Assembly (NCBI GenBank): GCA_963674865.2
Contig: CAXXYE010000007.1
Span: forward strand, 256,001-320,000
Direction: 5' to 3'
Length of the DNA: 64,000 bases
Source: Candidatus Hydrogenedentota bacterium
Lineage (GTDB): Bacteria > Hydrogenedentota > Hydrogenedentia > Hydrogenedentales > SLHB01
Shown here: positions 39,952 through 49,833 of the stretch, piece after piece
Layout of the letters: each line of letters starts with the position of its first letter
Position numbering within the stretch: the first letter of the stretch is position 1
Position numbers and translations under genes: made by a program
Notes under the pieces: generated by a model
The model's database searches: none
Seen by the model: the letters and a program-made list of their open reading frames with translations, nothing else
What the model was told of the DNA's origin: nothing

Positions 39952-41382
39952 ATGTCGGTGAAACGTACGTTGGGATACTGGGCCGGGGCTGGCCTCACCA
40001 TCATCCTGGTCGGATTCACGGGCCTCACCGTCTTCACGCAGGTGGCCCGAGATGCGGCAACAGCGCACATCGAGAAACCTGATGCAGTGAGGCGCCTCGA
40101 GGGGCGAGTCCCTGTTCAGGCGCGAGCGGCCGTCGAAAAGCGCGCCCCGAGTAACACGGCAGCGGAAACTGAAATGGATCCGCCCGGCGCGGAACCTAAC
40201 GTGTCCTACGTTGAACTCGCGGAACGTATGCGCAGCGTGTGGGAGGGGCTTGAGCCTGAGCTCCGAATCTCCCTCATGAGCCTTGCTGATACCCACCTAA
40301 CACCCGAGCAGTGCCGGTCGCTGCTGGATATCATCGCCGCGAACCCGGGATTGATTGAACAGATCTGGCAGACGGCGCGACAGGCTGGTGCAGTGGCTTC
40401 ACTTGACCTCTCGCACGGCTTTTCCCTCACACGTGCAATGGAAGCCGCCCTCGTAAGCAGGCTAGCTCGATGCGCGCAGTTCTTGAATGCCCATGCCCGA
40501 GCCTCCGCCGAGGACGGTGACGCAGAAACGGCTGTCAAGGACATTCTTGCTGCCCTGCGGCTGGCGGGTGCCCTGACTGGAGAGCCGCTGCCGAACTCCC
40601 AGTTCGCGGCGCACCACGTCTACGCGCTCAGTCTTGATGCGTATAGAACCTGTCTCGAGGCAGGTGCTTTGGACCCCCGGGCCGCGCGTTCCGTGCTCGA
40701 TGAGCTGGCCGCGGCTCACCATCGGCAGGCCCTTCTGGATACGCTCGATACATGGCGCTACCTGGGCAACATGTTCTACGAGGACCTGGACCACATGACC
40801 ACTCACGACTTTCTGCGGCAGCATCTGGAAGGGGATGCTGACGAAATCGGCACGAATGCCGTGACTTGGCTCATAGGTTCTCCCCTTGGACAGCCGTGGG
40901 TCAATATGAATGCTGCCGCCACGGCCGAGACAGTCGACAGCCTGCGCCAACTCGCCGAAATGCCTTTCCACGAGAGCCTGACGGAAGCCGTGAGGCTCTT
41001 GGATGAACGTGTCATGAGCGCGCCCATGCTCGAGCGGCCCTCGGCATGCTTATTCGAGTTCCCGGCGATCCGTGCCCTAAGCGAGCAAGCCGTGCACGAG
41101 ACGCGTGTAGACCTGGCGCGGGTGGGAATCGCCCTTGACCTTTATCGCGCTGAGAACGGCCACTATCCCGCAACACTGGACCTTCTGGCCCCCCTCCTTG
41201 GTGGCTCCGTTCCCAACGACTCCCTGTCTGGCGAGCCGTTCCTGTATTCGACTGACGGAACCGCCTTTGATCTGGCCAGTATGGGATTTGACGACAGGCT
41301 GTCTGCGGCGGATTACCTTCGACAGCTCGATGATGACCTCACGTGGAACGGCGGAGGACAACGAAAGAAGAGCAACGTCTGA
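39952..41382 (+). CDS. hypothetical membrane-anchored protein with pseudopilin/GspG-like C-terminus
   Basis: N-terminal TM; DLARVGIALDLYRAENGHYPATL...PND..SGEPFLY; RBS gggag. Confidence 0.72.
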   Translation: MSVKRTLGYWAGAGLTIILVGFTGLTVFTQVARDAATAHIEKPDAVRRLEGRVPVQARAAVEKRAPSNTAAETEMDPPGAEPNVSYVELAERMRSVWEGLEPELRISLMSLADTHLTPEQCRSLLDIIAANPGLIEQIWQTARQAGAVASLDLSHGFSLTRAMEAALVSRLARCAQFLNAHARASAEDGDAETAVKDILAALRLAGALTGEPLPNSQFAAHHVYALSLDAYRTCLEAGALDPRAARSVLDELAAAHHRQALLDTLDTWRYLGNMFYEDLDHMTTHDFLRQHLEGDADEIGTNAVTWLIGSPLGQPWVNMNAAATAETVDSLRQLAEMPFHESLTEAVRLLDERVMSAPMLERPSACLFEFPAIRALSEQAVHETRVDLARVGIALDLYRAENGHYPATLDLLAPLLGGSVPNDSLSGEPFLYSTDGTAFDLASMGFDDRLSAADYLRQLDDDLTWNGGGQRKKSNV

Positions 41383-41413
41383 CCGGCGTACGCCCCGCGT
41401 CGCCCTCACCCGC

Positions 41414-42094
41414 TCACTTCCCCAGCAGACGCCGCAGAGAATCTACCGCACCGCCCTGTCCGCCGATGTTCAGCTCCTGCAGCAGACGCTCGAGGACGCG
41501 CCCGATGGCCTGATCGGCGGGCAGGCCATCCCCGCCGATACTCATCTCCATGTTTTCCACCTTCTTCTGGTACGTGTGCCGCTCCAGCAGTTCCGTCGTC
41601 ATGTTGAACGTCGCGTCGCTGAGCAAACCCTTCTCCACGACCCACTTCTTCTTGGGGAGCTTCTCCATCAACTTGTTGCCTTTGAACCGGCCGGCGCTAT
41701 CCATGAGCTTCTTCAGATTCGACCCCTGCCAGGGGGTGGTCTCCGCATTCACCTCTGTGCCTGCCACTTTCATTACACGAATGACCGGCTTGGACGAAAA
41801 GAGCGATTTCGGATCGGCCTCCACCCGAACGGAGCCAAACTTGAGCGCGTCCTGATCCCCGAACCCCTTCGGGTTGCCAATGCGTAAGTCCTTTATTTCC
41901 AATACTTGGTCGTCTTGATTCAAATAGACGGCCCCCGCCTTTGCCGTGGTTTCGAGCACATACGAAAGGACCGCCTCGACGCCGCGTTTGGCGACCAGTT
42001 CCAACCGGGCCGTGTCGCCCGTCATCACGGCGCCGCCGCGCGGCGCGGCTGCGGCGGGAAGCGCTATCAGAAGTACCAAGAGAAGCCGTCGCAT
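41414..42094 (-). CDS. secreted hypothetical protein (AsmA-N-like)
   Basis: Signal peptide MRRLLLVLL; LRIGNPKGF motif; RBS aggagg. Confidence 0.7.
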   Translation of the reverse strand: MRRLLLVLLIALPAAAAPRGGAVMTGDTARLELVAKRGVEAVLSYVLETTAKAGAVYLNQDDQVLEIKDLRIGNPKGFGDQDALKFGSVRVEADPKSLFSSKPVIRVMKVAGTEVNAETTPWQGSNLKKLMDSAGRFKGNKLMEKLPKKKWVVEKGLLSDATFNMTTELLERHTYQKKVENMEMSIGGDGLPADQAIGRVLERLLQELNIGGQGGAVDSLRRLLGK

Positions 42095-42240
42095 GGCAAA
42101 CCTCCTGTGAATAATGGCCTGCACCTGTCTGTACTTCTTATAACATAGACGCTCGAAAAGCAAAGTTATGCATGCTTGCCACGTTGGTCGGCGTCAAGAT
42201 ACTGCCGCCAAACGTCTTGTTGGCCGTGAGCGGCCTCGGT

Positions 42241-42270
42241 TTGACGCCATAGGCGCGAATCCTCTATACT
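42241..42270 (+). promoter_or_regulatory. sigma70 promoter of the rpmH operon
   Basis: TTGACG-18 bp-TATACT. Confidence 0.65.
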
Positions 42271-42387
42271 TCGCCCGAATGAGGGGAAGCTTGAGAGGGC
42301 TAATACCGGTTCTAGAGAGAGGCATATATCCCCCGAAAAAGGGCGTTGCCCTGGAGGCGGCGCACCGAAGCCCTAAAGGAGAATTGC

Positions 42388-42522
42388 GTGAAAAGAACGT
42401 TTCAACCCTCGAACACCAAGAGAAAGCGGAATCACGGCTTTCTCGCTCGTATGGCTACGGCGGGTGGCCGCAACGTCATCCGTCGGCGTCGGCAGAAGGG
42501 GCGCAAGCGCCTGTCCGCCTAA
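42388..42522 (+). CDS. rpmH: 50S ribosomal protein L34 (missed by the ORF track)
   Basis: GTG start after aaggag; [44 protein letters not shown]. Confidence 0.97.
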   Translation: MKRTFQPSNTKRKRNHGFLARMATAGGRNVIRRRRQKGRKRLSA

Positions 42523-42544
42523 CACTGGAGGTGTTGAGCCTGTT

Positions 42545-42904
42545 GTGCCGGGCCTGGAAGAGTTCCCGCGTCGTGAACGTCTCAACCGGAGAAAAGACTT
42601 TCTTGCAGTCTACGCAGACGGCCTCCGGCGTGCGGAACAACGTTTCATCTGCTATGTGGCCCGGCGGGAAGGTCAGGGGCGTAAATTTGGCTTTGCCGTA
42701 TCGCGTAAGGTCGGCAATGCGGTCGCGCGCAACCGCGTCAAACGGTTTCTGCGCGAGTTTTACAGGACCCATAGGCGGCTCATGCCGGACGACGTCTACC
42801 TCGTTATCGTCGCTCGGCCGGGCTGCGCCGACCTCACGTACCAAGAATGCAAGCGTACCATGCGGCGGTTGTTCAGGCAGGGAGGCGTGCTGAAGGATGA
42901 GTAG
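42545..42904 (+). CDS. rnpA: ribonuclease P protein component
   Basis: FGFAVSRKVGNAVARNRVKRFLRE (RNR motif); synteny. Confidence 0.95.
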   Translation: MPGLEEFPRRERLNRRKDFLAVYADGLRRAEQRFICYVARREGQGRKFGFAVSRKVGNAVARNRVKRFLREFYRTHRRLMPDDVYLVIVARPGCADLTYQECKRTMRRLFRQGGVLKDE

Positions 42905-43106
42905 GGCGCTGATAGCGGTTATCAGGCTCTACCAACGCTTCATCTCCCCCTGGCTCGGCGACAACTGCCGGTTCAGCCCCACCTGCTCCGAGTATGCCGT
43001 CGAATCGCTGAGACGGCACGGCGTGGTGGCGGGCTTGGCCTACGCGTTCTGGCGCTTGGTGCGGTGCCAGCCTTTATGCAAAGGCGGTTACGACCCCGTC
43101 CCATAG
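42897..43106 (+). CDS. yidD: membrane protein insertion efficiency factor
   Basis: YQRFISP, CRFSPTCSEY, RCQPLCKGGYDPVP. Confidence 0.95.
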   Translation: MSRALIAVIRLYQRFISPWLGDNCRFSPTCSEYAVESLRRHGVVAGLAYAFWRLVRCQPLCKGGYDPVP

Positions 43107-43134
43107 GCTCAACCACTTCCTTGGGAGACCAAGG

Positions 43135-44994
43135 GTGTGGGATGACGATCGCGATAAGGAATTGATGCGCAATCAGGTGATTGCCATCATTCTGATGACA
43201 GTCCTGGTGGTCGTATGGTTCACGTTCTTCGTGCCCAAGCGGCCGCCCGCGCCGCCCCCATCTCAACCTGTCGCGACCGAGCAGGCCGAATCCCCGCAAG
43301 GCGTCCCCACGGAGTCTGCTGCGGAGGACCTATCTCAAGTCGCCGCCGCGGGCGCACAAGACGCCTGGCCGTTTCTGCCGGCCATCGAGCAGCCCGACCC
43401 CGCCGCCGACGAAGTGGCCATCGAGAACGGCCACCTTCGCCTGCTATTCACACGCGTCGGCGGGCGGTTAAAGGAAGCCGTCCCCATGCTGGGCGAGAAC
43501 GGCCAGAACGCCGTCCAACTCGTCCCCGAGGCGCCGGACACCCCCGATACCCAGTCGGCCTATCCCATGGGCCTGCGATTCAGCGACGAGGCCATCCAAG
43601 ACGCCCTCGACGTGCGCCGGTTTAACTACCAACGGAGCGACGACGGCAGGAGCGTCACCTTCGAGCTCGCCACCCCCGCGCTGCAAGTCCGCAAGACCTT
43701 CTCGCTGGGCGACAAGCCCAACGTTTTGGACGTCGCCATCGAGTGCCGCAATGTCGGGGAAACGCCCCACTTGTTCGGCATGGACCAAACGCCCGCATAC
43801 GACCTCAGTTGGGAGCCCAACGTCGATTCACGCGACAAAACCAAAGGCGTAAGACAGGCCATCGCCTGGCGCAGCCAGGGGCAGACCTCCGCGGTCCACA
43901 CCACCAAGATCGCCGGCAAGTATGACGGCGCGGGACGCGTGCGCGATCCTGAGTGGCTCGCGGCGCGCAGCGCCTACTTCGTCATCGCCATGAAACCGGA
44001 AACGGAAGAGCCCGTGCAAGGATTCTTCCAGGGCGATGACAACCGCTTCCGTTTCGGCCTCGCCGTGCCGCGTTTTGAACTCGCCCCGAGCGAAGCCCAC
44101 GTGGACCGGTTCAAGGTCTACATCGGCCCGAACCAGATGAGCAGCCTGGGAGCAGCCTGGGAGTCGCTGCCCAGCGTCCTGCGGTTCTTTGAGTCCGTCG
44201 ATTTCATGGACCGCTTCTCCAAGCTGCTGCTGCGCGTTCTCAACTGGTTCTACGCCCACACCATTCCGAACTACGGCGTGGCCATCATCCTGCTTACACT
44301 CGTCGTCCGCCTCATCCTCTATCCGCTCACGCTGAAAAGCATGCGCAGCATGAAGAAGATGCAGCTTCTCGCGCCTGAAATGGAGGAGCTTAAGAAGAAG
44401 TACGGCGACGACCAGCAGGAGATGAACAAGCGCCTCATGGAAATGTACCGTGAGCGCGGCGTCAATCCTCTCGGCGGGTGCTTCCCCATTCTGCTTCAGA
44501 TGCCCGTCCTCATCGCTCTCTGGCGCATGATCTGGAGTGCATTCGAGCTACGGGGCGCCTCCTTCCTTTGGATTGCGGATCTTTCCGAACCGGATCGCCT
44601 TTTCCACATGCCGTTTATGACTCACCTGCCCATTTTCGGCCAGGCCCTCGAGTACTTCAACATCCTGCCCATTCTCGGCGGCGTGGCCATGATCGTCCAG
44701 CAGAAAGTGATGCCCACCAGCGGGCCCGCCCAGAATTCACAGCAGAAGACCATGATGACGCTCATGCCCATTCTCATGACCGTCTTGTTCTACAAGTGGG
44801 CGGCGGGATTGAACCTCTATATCTTGACCGGGACGGTGCTTGGCATGGCCCAGAACTACTTTGTCCGGCCCGGCGAACTTGCCCCCGTCAAGAAGAAGAA
44901 AGTCGGTACGAAGCAGCATTTTTACACAGCGGCTAAGGCACGCGAACGTCAGAAGGCCCGTGAGGCGCGAAAGAAGAAGAAGCCACCCTCTTAA
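43135..44994 (+). CDS. yidC: membrane protein insertase YidC
   Basis: NYGVAIILLT, GVNPLGGCFPILLQMP, WIADLSEPD; large periplasmic domain. Confidence 0.96.
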   Translation: MWDDDRDKELMRNQVIAIILMTVLVVVWFTFFVPKRPPAPPPSQPVATEQAESPQGVPTESAAEDLSQVAAAGAQDAWPFLPAIEQPDPAADEVAIENGHLRLLFTRVGGRLKEAVPMLGENGQNAVQLVPEAPDTPDTQSAYPMGLRFSDEAIQDALDVRRFNYQRSDDGRSVTFELATPALQVRKTFSLGDKPNVLDVAIECRNVGETPHLFGMDQTPAYDLSWEPNVDSRDKTKGVRQAIAWRSQGQTSAVHTTKIAGKYDGAGRVRDPEWLAARSAYFVIAMKPETEEPVQGFFQGDDNRFRFGLAVPRFELAPSEAHVDRFKVYIGPNQMSSLGAAWESLPSVLRFFESVDFMDRFSKLLLRVLNWFYAHTIPNYGVAIILLTLVVRLILYPLTLKSMRSMKKMQLLAPEMEELKKKYGDDQQEMNKRLMEMYRERGVNPLGGCFPILLQMPVLIALWRMIWSAFELRGASFLWIADLSEPDRLFHMPFMTHLPIFGQALEYFNILPILGGVAMIVQQKVMPTSGPAQNSQQKTMMTLMPILMTVLFYKWAAGLNLYILTGTVLGMAQNYFVRPGELAPVKKKKVGTKQHFYTAAKARERQKAREARKKKKPPS

Positions 44995-45143
44995 GAGTGC
45001 GGCCGGAAAGCCACCGAACAACGGAGACCGAACATTTTGGGTGCTGACACAGTGAGACTTACAAGCGCGCCAAGGGCGACCGTGCCCCGCCGGGAACCGT
45101 GATCTCTGGCCGGATTCCCAGAGAACATAGGAGGTCCTCCTAC

Positions 45144-46118
45144 ATGCGAGAAGTGGAAGTATCTGCAAAAACACGCGAAGAAGCCATCGAGTTGGCCCTG
45201 AAAGAGCTCCGCGCGGAGCGTCACGAGGTGAGCGTCGAGATCATTGATGAAGGGAGCCGCGGCTTCTTAGGCATCGGTGCACGCGACGTGAAGATCCGCG
45301 TGTCCTCCGAATCGGCCCCTGACGAGCCCGCGCCCAAGTCGGCTCCTTCCCGACGGCCTTCAGCACGCGCCGAGGTGAGGTCCGCGCAACGAGGCGGCCA
45401 AAGCGAACGCCGCCGCAATGCGTCCCCCCCGAAGAACGCGCCCCCCGCCAAGAAACAGGAGAAGCGCCAGGAACCGCCCCGAAAGGCCGCCCCCCAGACG
45501 TCCGCTGGCGACGACCGCGGCGATGAGGCCGCCGCGCTTCTTCAGGAAGTGATCAGGCTCATGGGCATCGAGGCGAAGGTTGCGAGCACGCCCATCGAAT
45601 CCAACGGCGTGCGACTCAACGTCGAGTCGCCCGATTCGGCCATCCTCATCGGACGCAAGGGACGCAATCTGAGCGCCATGCAATACCTCATCAACCGAAT
45701 GGTGCAACGCAGCGACGACGGTGACCGCGGCGAGCGCATCGTCGTTGACGTCGAGGGATACCTGGACCGCCGCAAGGAAAGCCTCGAGGATATGGCCCGG
45801 CGCATAGCCGACCGCGCCAAGCACATCAACCGCGAAATTCGCCTCAAGCCTCTCAGCCCCCAGGAGCGCCGCATCGTCCATCTCACCTTGCAAGACGATC
45901 CCGACGTGCGGACCTTCAGTCTCGGCAATTCAGTCTACCGCCGCGTGGTGATCGCCCCAAAGGACCTGGAAGTAGCCGAAGATCAGGAAGCCCCCGAACG
46001 CCCGGCGCCCGAAGGCCGGCGACGCAGCTCCAACCGCGGCCGCCGAAACTACGGAGGCCGGCCGTACCGTGGATCATCCCGCGGCGCCCGGGCCGACGGT
46101 GCGTCCAACCAGTCTTGA
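45144..46118 (+). CDS. jag: Jag/EloR/KhpB RNA-binding protein (Jag_N, KH, R3H)
   Basis: KTREEAIELAL, GFLGIG, ILIGRKG, ERRIVH; RBS aggagg. Confidence 0.93.
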   Translation: MREVEVSAKTREEAIELALKELRAERHEVSVEIIDEGSRGFLGIGARDVKIRVSSESAPDEPAPKSAPSRRPSARAEVRSAQRGGQSERRRNASPPKNAPPAKKQEKRQEPPRKAAPQTSAGDDRGDEAAALLQEVIRLMGIEAKVASTPIESNGVRLNVESPDSAILIGRKGRNLSAMQYLINRMVQRSDDGDRGERIVVDVEGYLDRRKESLEDMARRIADRAKHINREIRLKPLSPQERRIVHLTLQDDPDVRTFSLGNSVYRRVVIAPKDLEVAEDQEAPERPAPEGRRRSSNRGRRNYGGRPYRGSSRGARADGASNQS

Positions 46119-47478
46119 CGACACCATCGCCGCTATCGCCACGCCCCGAGGGGAGGGCGGCATCGGCATTGTCCGCGTGAGTGGGGGAGAGGCCCTCGTC
46201 ATCGCCGAAGCCCTCTTCGTGTCCTCCAGCGGCCGAGATATCCGCACCGATGTCAGGCAGGTCTACCACGGAACCATCCGCTACGGCGCCGCGGCCATCG
46301 ACGAAGCCCTTCTTCACGTGATGCGCGCGCCCCACAGCTACACCCGGGAAGACGTGGTCGAGATCAACTGCCACGGCGGCGCCGCCCCGCTCAACGCCGT
46401 CCTCGATCTGGTGCTCGCCCGTGGAGCCCGCCTCGCCGAGCCCGGCGAGTTCACGCGCAGGGCCTTCCTCAACGGGCGCATCGACCTTGTCCAGGCGGAG
46501 GCGGTGATCGACCGCATACGCGCCCAGACCCGCGCCGGACTCCGCGCCGCGGCCTCGGCCGCCGGTGGGACCCTATCGCGGGCCATTCACGAATGCCGGG
46601 ACACGCTAGCCGACGCCTTGGCGCGTATCGAAGCCGCCGTCGACTTCCCCGAAGACGACCTGCCCGACCTCGTTGATCCGGCCCTGCGCGAACGCCTCGA
46701 GCAAGCCCTCCGCCGCATGGGCGAGCTGCTCGACACCGCCGAGACGGGCCGCCTGTATCGAGAGGGAGCCGGCGTCGCCATCGCCGGCAGGCCGAATGTC
46801 GGTAAGTCCAGCTTGTTTAACGCCTTGCTGCGCGACGCCCGCGCCATCGTGACCGCCGAGCCTGGCACCACGCGCGACCGCCTCGAAGAGGTCATCACCA
46901 TCTCCGGCGTGCCGGTACGGCTATCCGACACCGCGGGCTTGCGCTCCGCGGAGGACGAGGCCGAACGGATCGGCGTGCAGGTTGCCCGAGACGCCGTCAA
47001 GCAGGCCGACTGCGTCATCCTCGTCCTCGACGCCTCGGCGCCATGTACCGAGCAGGATGAACGCCTGGCCCGTGAGGTGCTTGAACACAACGCGCCAGCG
47101 CTGTTGGCCCTCAACAAGACCGACATCGCCCAAGCCGCGCCATTTCCCCCGTGGGCGGCTGATTTCACGGCGTCATGCCGCCTTTCCGCCAAGACGGGGG
47201 AGGGCCTGCACGAGTTGGAGGCGAATCTAAGCAGTATCCTGCTGGCCCCGGGCGCCGTATCGCCCGATCAAGGCATGATCAACCGTGCTCATCAGCGCGA
47301 CAGCCTGCGCAGGGCCCACGAGGCGCTACGGCGGCTGCTCGATAACTTCCACGCCTCCCCCGAGTTCCTCAGCATCGACCTCCGCGAAGCCCTTCAGGCC
47401 CTCGGCGAGATCACCGGCGAAACCACGCCCGAAGACATTCTCGACAGGATCTTCTCATCCTTCTGCATCGGGAAATGA
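46099..47478 (+). CDS. mnmE: tRNA modification GTPase MnmE
   Basis: DTIAAIATP, GEFTRRAFLNG, GRPNVGKSS, DTAG, NKTD, FSSFCIGK. Confidence 0.97.
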   Translation: MRPTSLDDTIAAIATPRGEGGIGIVRVSGGEALVIAEALFVSSSGRDIRTDVRQVYHGTIRYGAAAIDEALLHVMRAPHSYTREDVVEINCHGGAAPLNAVLDLVLARGARLAEPGEFTRRAFLNGRIDLVQAEAVIDRIRAQTRAGLRAAASAAGGTLSRAIHECRDTLADALARIEAAVDFPEDDLPDLVDPALRERLEQALRRMGELLDTAETGRLYREGAGVAIAGRPNVGKSSLFNALLRDARAIVTAEPGTTRDRLEEVITISGVPVRLSDTAGLRSAEDEAERIGVQVARDAVKQADCVILVLDASAPCTEQDERLAREVLEHNAPALLALNKTDIAQAAPFPPWAADFTASCRLSAKTGEGLHELEANLSSILLAPGAVSPDQGMINRAHQRDSLRRAHEALRRLLDNFHASPEFLSIDLREALQALGEITGETTPEDILDRIFSSFCIGK

Positions 47479-47535
47479 GGCGATCCTATCCTCCCCGACA
47501 TTGTGATCCCGTCACCCATCGAGTAGCATGGCGCT

Positions 47536-48867
47536 ATGGGAAAAGACCTGTTTGAAGCGGCCGCCGCCGAGCGGCTCCGCAAGGAAGCTCCGCTGCCGCG
47601 CCGTGTGGCGCCACGCACGTTCGACGATCTCCTCGGACAGGAGGCCATCCTTGGGCCGGGGAAGATACTGCGCCGCGCCATCGAGGCCGACCGCATCACC
47701 TCGCTCATTCTCTACGGCCCGCCCGGCTGCGGAAAGACGGCGCTGGCCCGTATTATCGCCATGCGCACCGCCGCCGCCTTCGAGCCCCTCAACGCCGTTA
47801 CCTCAGGCGTCGGCGACTTGCGAAAGCTCATTGACGCCGCCCGGCAGCGGCTAATTCACGACCAAAGACGCACCATCGTGTTCATTGACGAGATCCATCG
47901 CTTCAACCGCGCCCAGCAGGACGCCCTGCTTCCCTCCGTCGAGAACGGTACCATCATCCTCATCGGCGCCACCACCGAAAATCCCTTCTTCTCCGTCGTG
48001 GCGCCGCTTCTATCGCGGTCGCAGGTATTCGAGTTCTCAGGCCTCTCCGAAGAGCATATCGTCACGCTCCTGAAACGCGCCTTGACGCACCCGGAGCGCG
48101 GCCTCGAAGGATGCGAAGTCCGCGCGGATGAGGCGGCCCTGCGGCACATCGCCCTTTACTCCGAGGGCGACGCGCGACGCGCCCTGAACGCCCTCGACGT
48201 GGCCATGTTGACCACCCCGCCCGAGGAAGGCGTGATTCACATAACTCCCGAGGTCGCCCAGGAGTCCATACAGAAGAAGATGCTCCACTACGACGGCGGA
48301 GGCGACGAGCATTACGACGCTGCCAGCGCCTTCATCAAGAGCATGCGCGGCTCCGACCCGGACTCCGCCGTCTATTGGATGGCCCGCATGATTGTAGCCG
48401 GCGACAGCCCCCGTTTCATTGCCCGGCGCATCTGTATCTGTGCTTCAGAAGACGTGGGCAATGCCGATCCCATGGCCCTGGCCGTGGCCACGGCCGCCTG
48501 GCAGGCCAGCGAACTTGTCGGATTCCCGGAGGCCCAGATCATCCTCTCCCAGGCGGCCACCTACGTCGCCTGCGCCCCCAAGAGCAACGCATCCTACCTT
48601 GCCATTGGCCAAGCCGTGGCCGATGTGCGCGAACAGAAAACCATCCCCGTGCCGAAACACCTCCAGGATGCCCACTACAAAGGGGCCAAGCGGCTGGGGC
48701 GCGGCGAGGGATACAAGTACGCCCACGACTACGAAGACGGCTATGTCGTGCAGGACTACGGCGTTCCCCGCGGGACCTACTACCACCCCGCCGACCGCGG
48801 CAAGGAAGGCGAGTTCAAGCGCCGGCTCGAATCGTTTGATGAGCGGGCCCCAGACAACGACGCGTGA
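47536..48867 (+). CDS. rarA: replication-associated recombination protein A (MgsA/RarA)
   Basis: GPPGCGKT, DEIHRFN, GATTENP, SAFIKSMRGSD, ASEDVGNADP. Confidence 0.95.
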   Translation: MGKDLFEAAAAERLRKEAPLPRRVAPRTFDDLLGQEAILGPGKILRRAIEADRITSLILYGPPGCGKTALARIIAMRTAAAFEPLNAVTSGVGDLRKLIDAARQRLIHDQRRTIVFIDEIHRFNRAQQDALLPSVENGTIILIGATTENPFFSVVAPLLSRSQVFEFSGLSEEHIVTLLKRALTHPERGLEGCEVRADEAALRHIALYSEGDARRALNALDVAMLTTPPEEGVIHITPEVAQESIQKKMLHYDGGGDEHYDAASAFIKSMRGSDPDSAVYWMARMIVAGDSPRFIARRICICASEDVGNADPMALAVATAAWQASELVGFPEAQIILSQAATYVACAPKSNASYLAIGQAVADVREQKTIPVPKHLQDAHYKGAKRLGRGEGYKYAHDYEDGYVVQDYGVPRGTYYHPADRGKEGEFKRRLESFDERAPDNDA

Positions 48868-48877
48868 GATATCCGGA

Positions 48878-49636
48878 CTAGGCCTCGGATTGCCCGACCT
48901 GCTTGTCAATGAAGACCTGCGTCAGCTCCGGGTCGAAATGCTTCCCCTGCTCCTGCCGAAGATGTTCAGCGGCCTCATCATGCGTGCTGACGCCATCGCG
49001 GTAATGGCGCTTGCTCGTCATTGCGCAGTACACGTCCACAATGCGCACGATGCGCGCAAGATAGGGAATGGCGTCGCCCTCGAGGCCATCCGGATAGCCC
49101 GTGCCGTCGTAGCACTCGTGATGGCGGCGGACAATATCCACCGTATCCTTGAGCGCCGGCACATCCTGCACCGCATCGGCGCCGAAATGAGGATGCTTGT
49201 GAAGGATCTCCCATTCCTCGTACGTGAGCAATCCTTCCTTGAGCAGCGTATCGTTGGGAACCTTGAGCTTTCCGATGTCGCGAATCAGCGCTCCGCGCTC
49301 GAGCGTGAACCGATCATCCTCGCTCAAACCAAGCGCGTCTGCGAACCGCATGGCGTGATCCCGGACGCGGAGGGAACTTCCCGGACGGAAGGATTCCCGG
49401 CAATCAATCGCCTCCGCCAGCAGACAGAGCAATCCCTCTCCCTGCGCGCCGCAGGCCAGGGCCGTCTCGAGCGCCCGGCCCGTGTCCTCGCAGCCCGCCA
49501 GCACCACGGTGGTGCCCGGAGGCGCATCATCCGCGCTTGTCACGCGGACGACTTGCGCGTCCTGCCCTTTCGCCGCCTCGGTAACCGCCTCATAAAACGG
49601 TTCACCATCCCCTACGATGGCAATGCGCTTGATCAT
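48878..49636 (-). CDS. HD-GYP domain protein with degenerate HD motif
   Basis: IRDIGK, HP..G, HHECYDGTGYPDGL, ARIVRIVDVY. Confidence 0.88.
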   Translation of the reverse strand: MIKRIAIVGDGEPFYEAVTEAAKGQDAQVVRVTSADDAPPGTTVVLAGCEDTGRALETALACGAQGEGLLCLLAEAIDCRESFRPGSSLRVRDHAMRFADALGLSEDDRFTLERGALIRDIGKLKVPNDTLLKEGLLTYEEWEILHKHPHFGADAVQDVPALKDTVDIVRRHHECYDGTGYPDGLEGDAIPYLARIVRIVDVYCAMTSKRHYRDGVSTHDEAAEHLRQEQGKHFDPELTQVFIDKQVGQSEA

Positions 49637-49833
49637 GGACGCCTCCTTCTTTGATCCCTGCAGGCCCTCATGTTAGCACGAGCGCCGCGCTCCGGCAACG
49701 GTGAGTCTGGATCGAAACTCCCCGTGGCAACCCGGCCGCTGGCCTACCCCCGTTAGCCCCCGCAAATCCAGAAGAGGCACAAGCGCGGGGGGGGGGGGCA
49801 AATGACCCCGGAAGACGCGGATGCCAATCCGAG

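Noticed and set aside
29981..41382. Classical integron
   Set aside because: No tyrosine integrase is in the window and I could not identify attC-type R''/R' sites by eye.
42168..42893. 241-aa ORF upstream of yidD
   Set aside because: It overlaps the true rpmH and rnpA in another frame.
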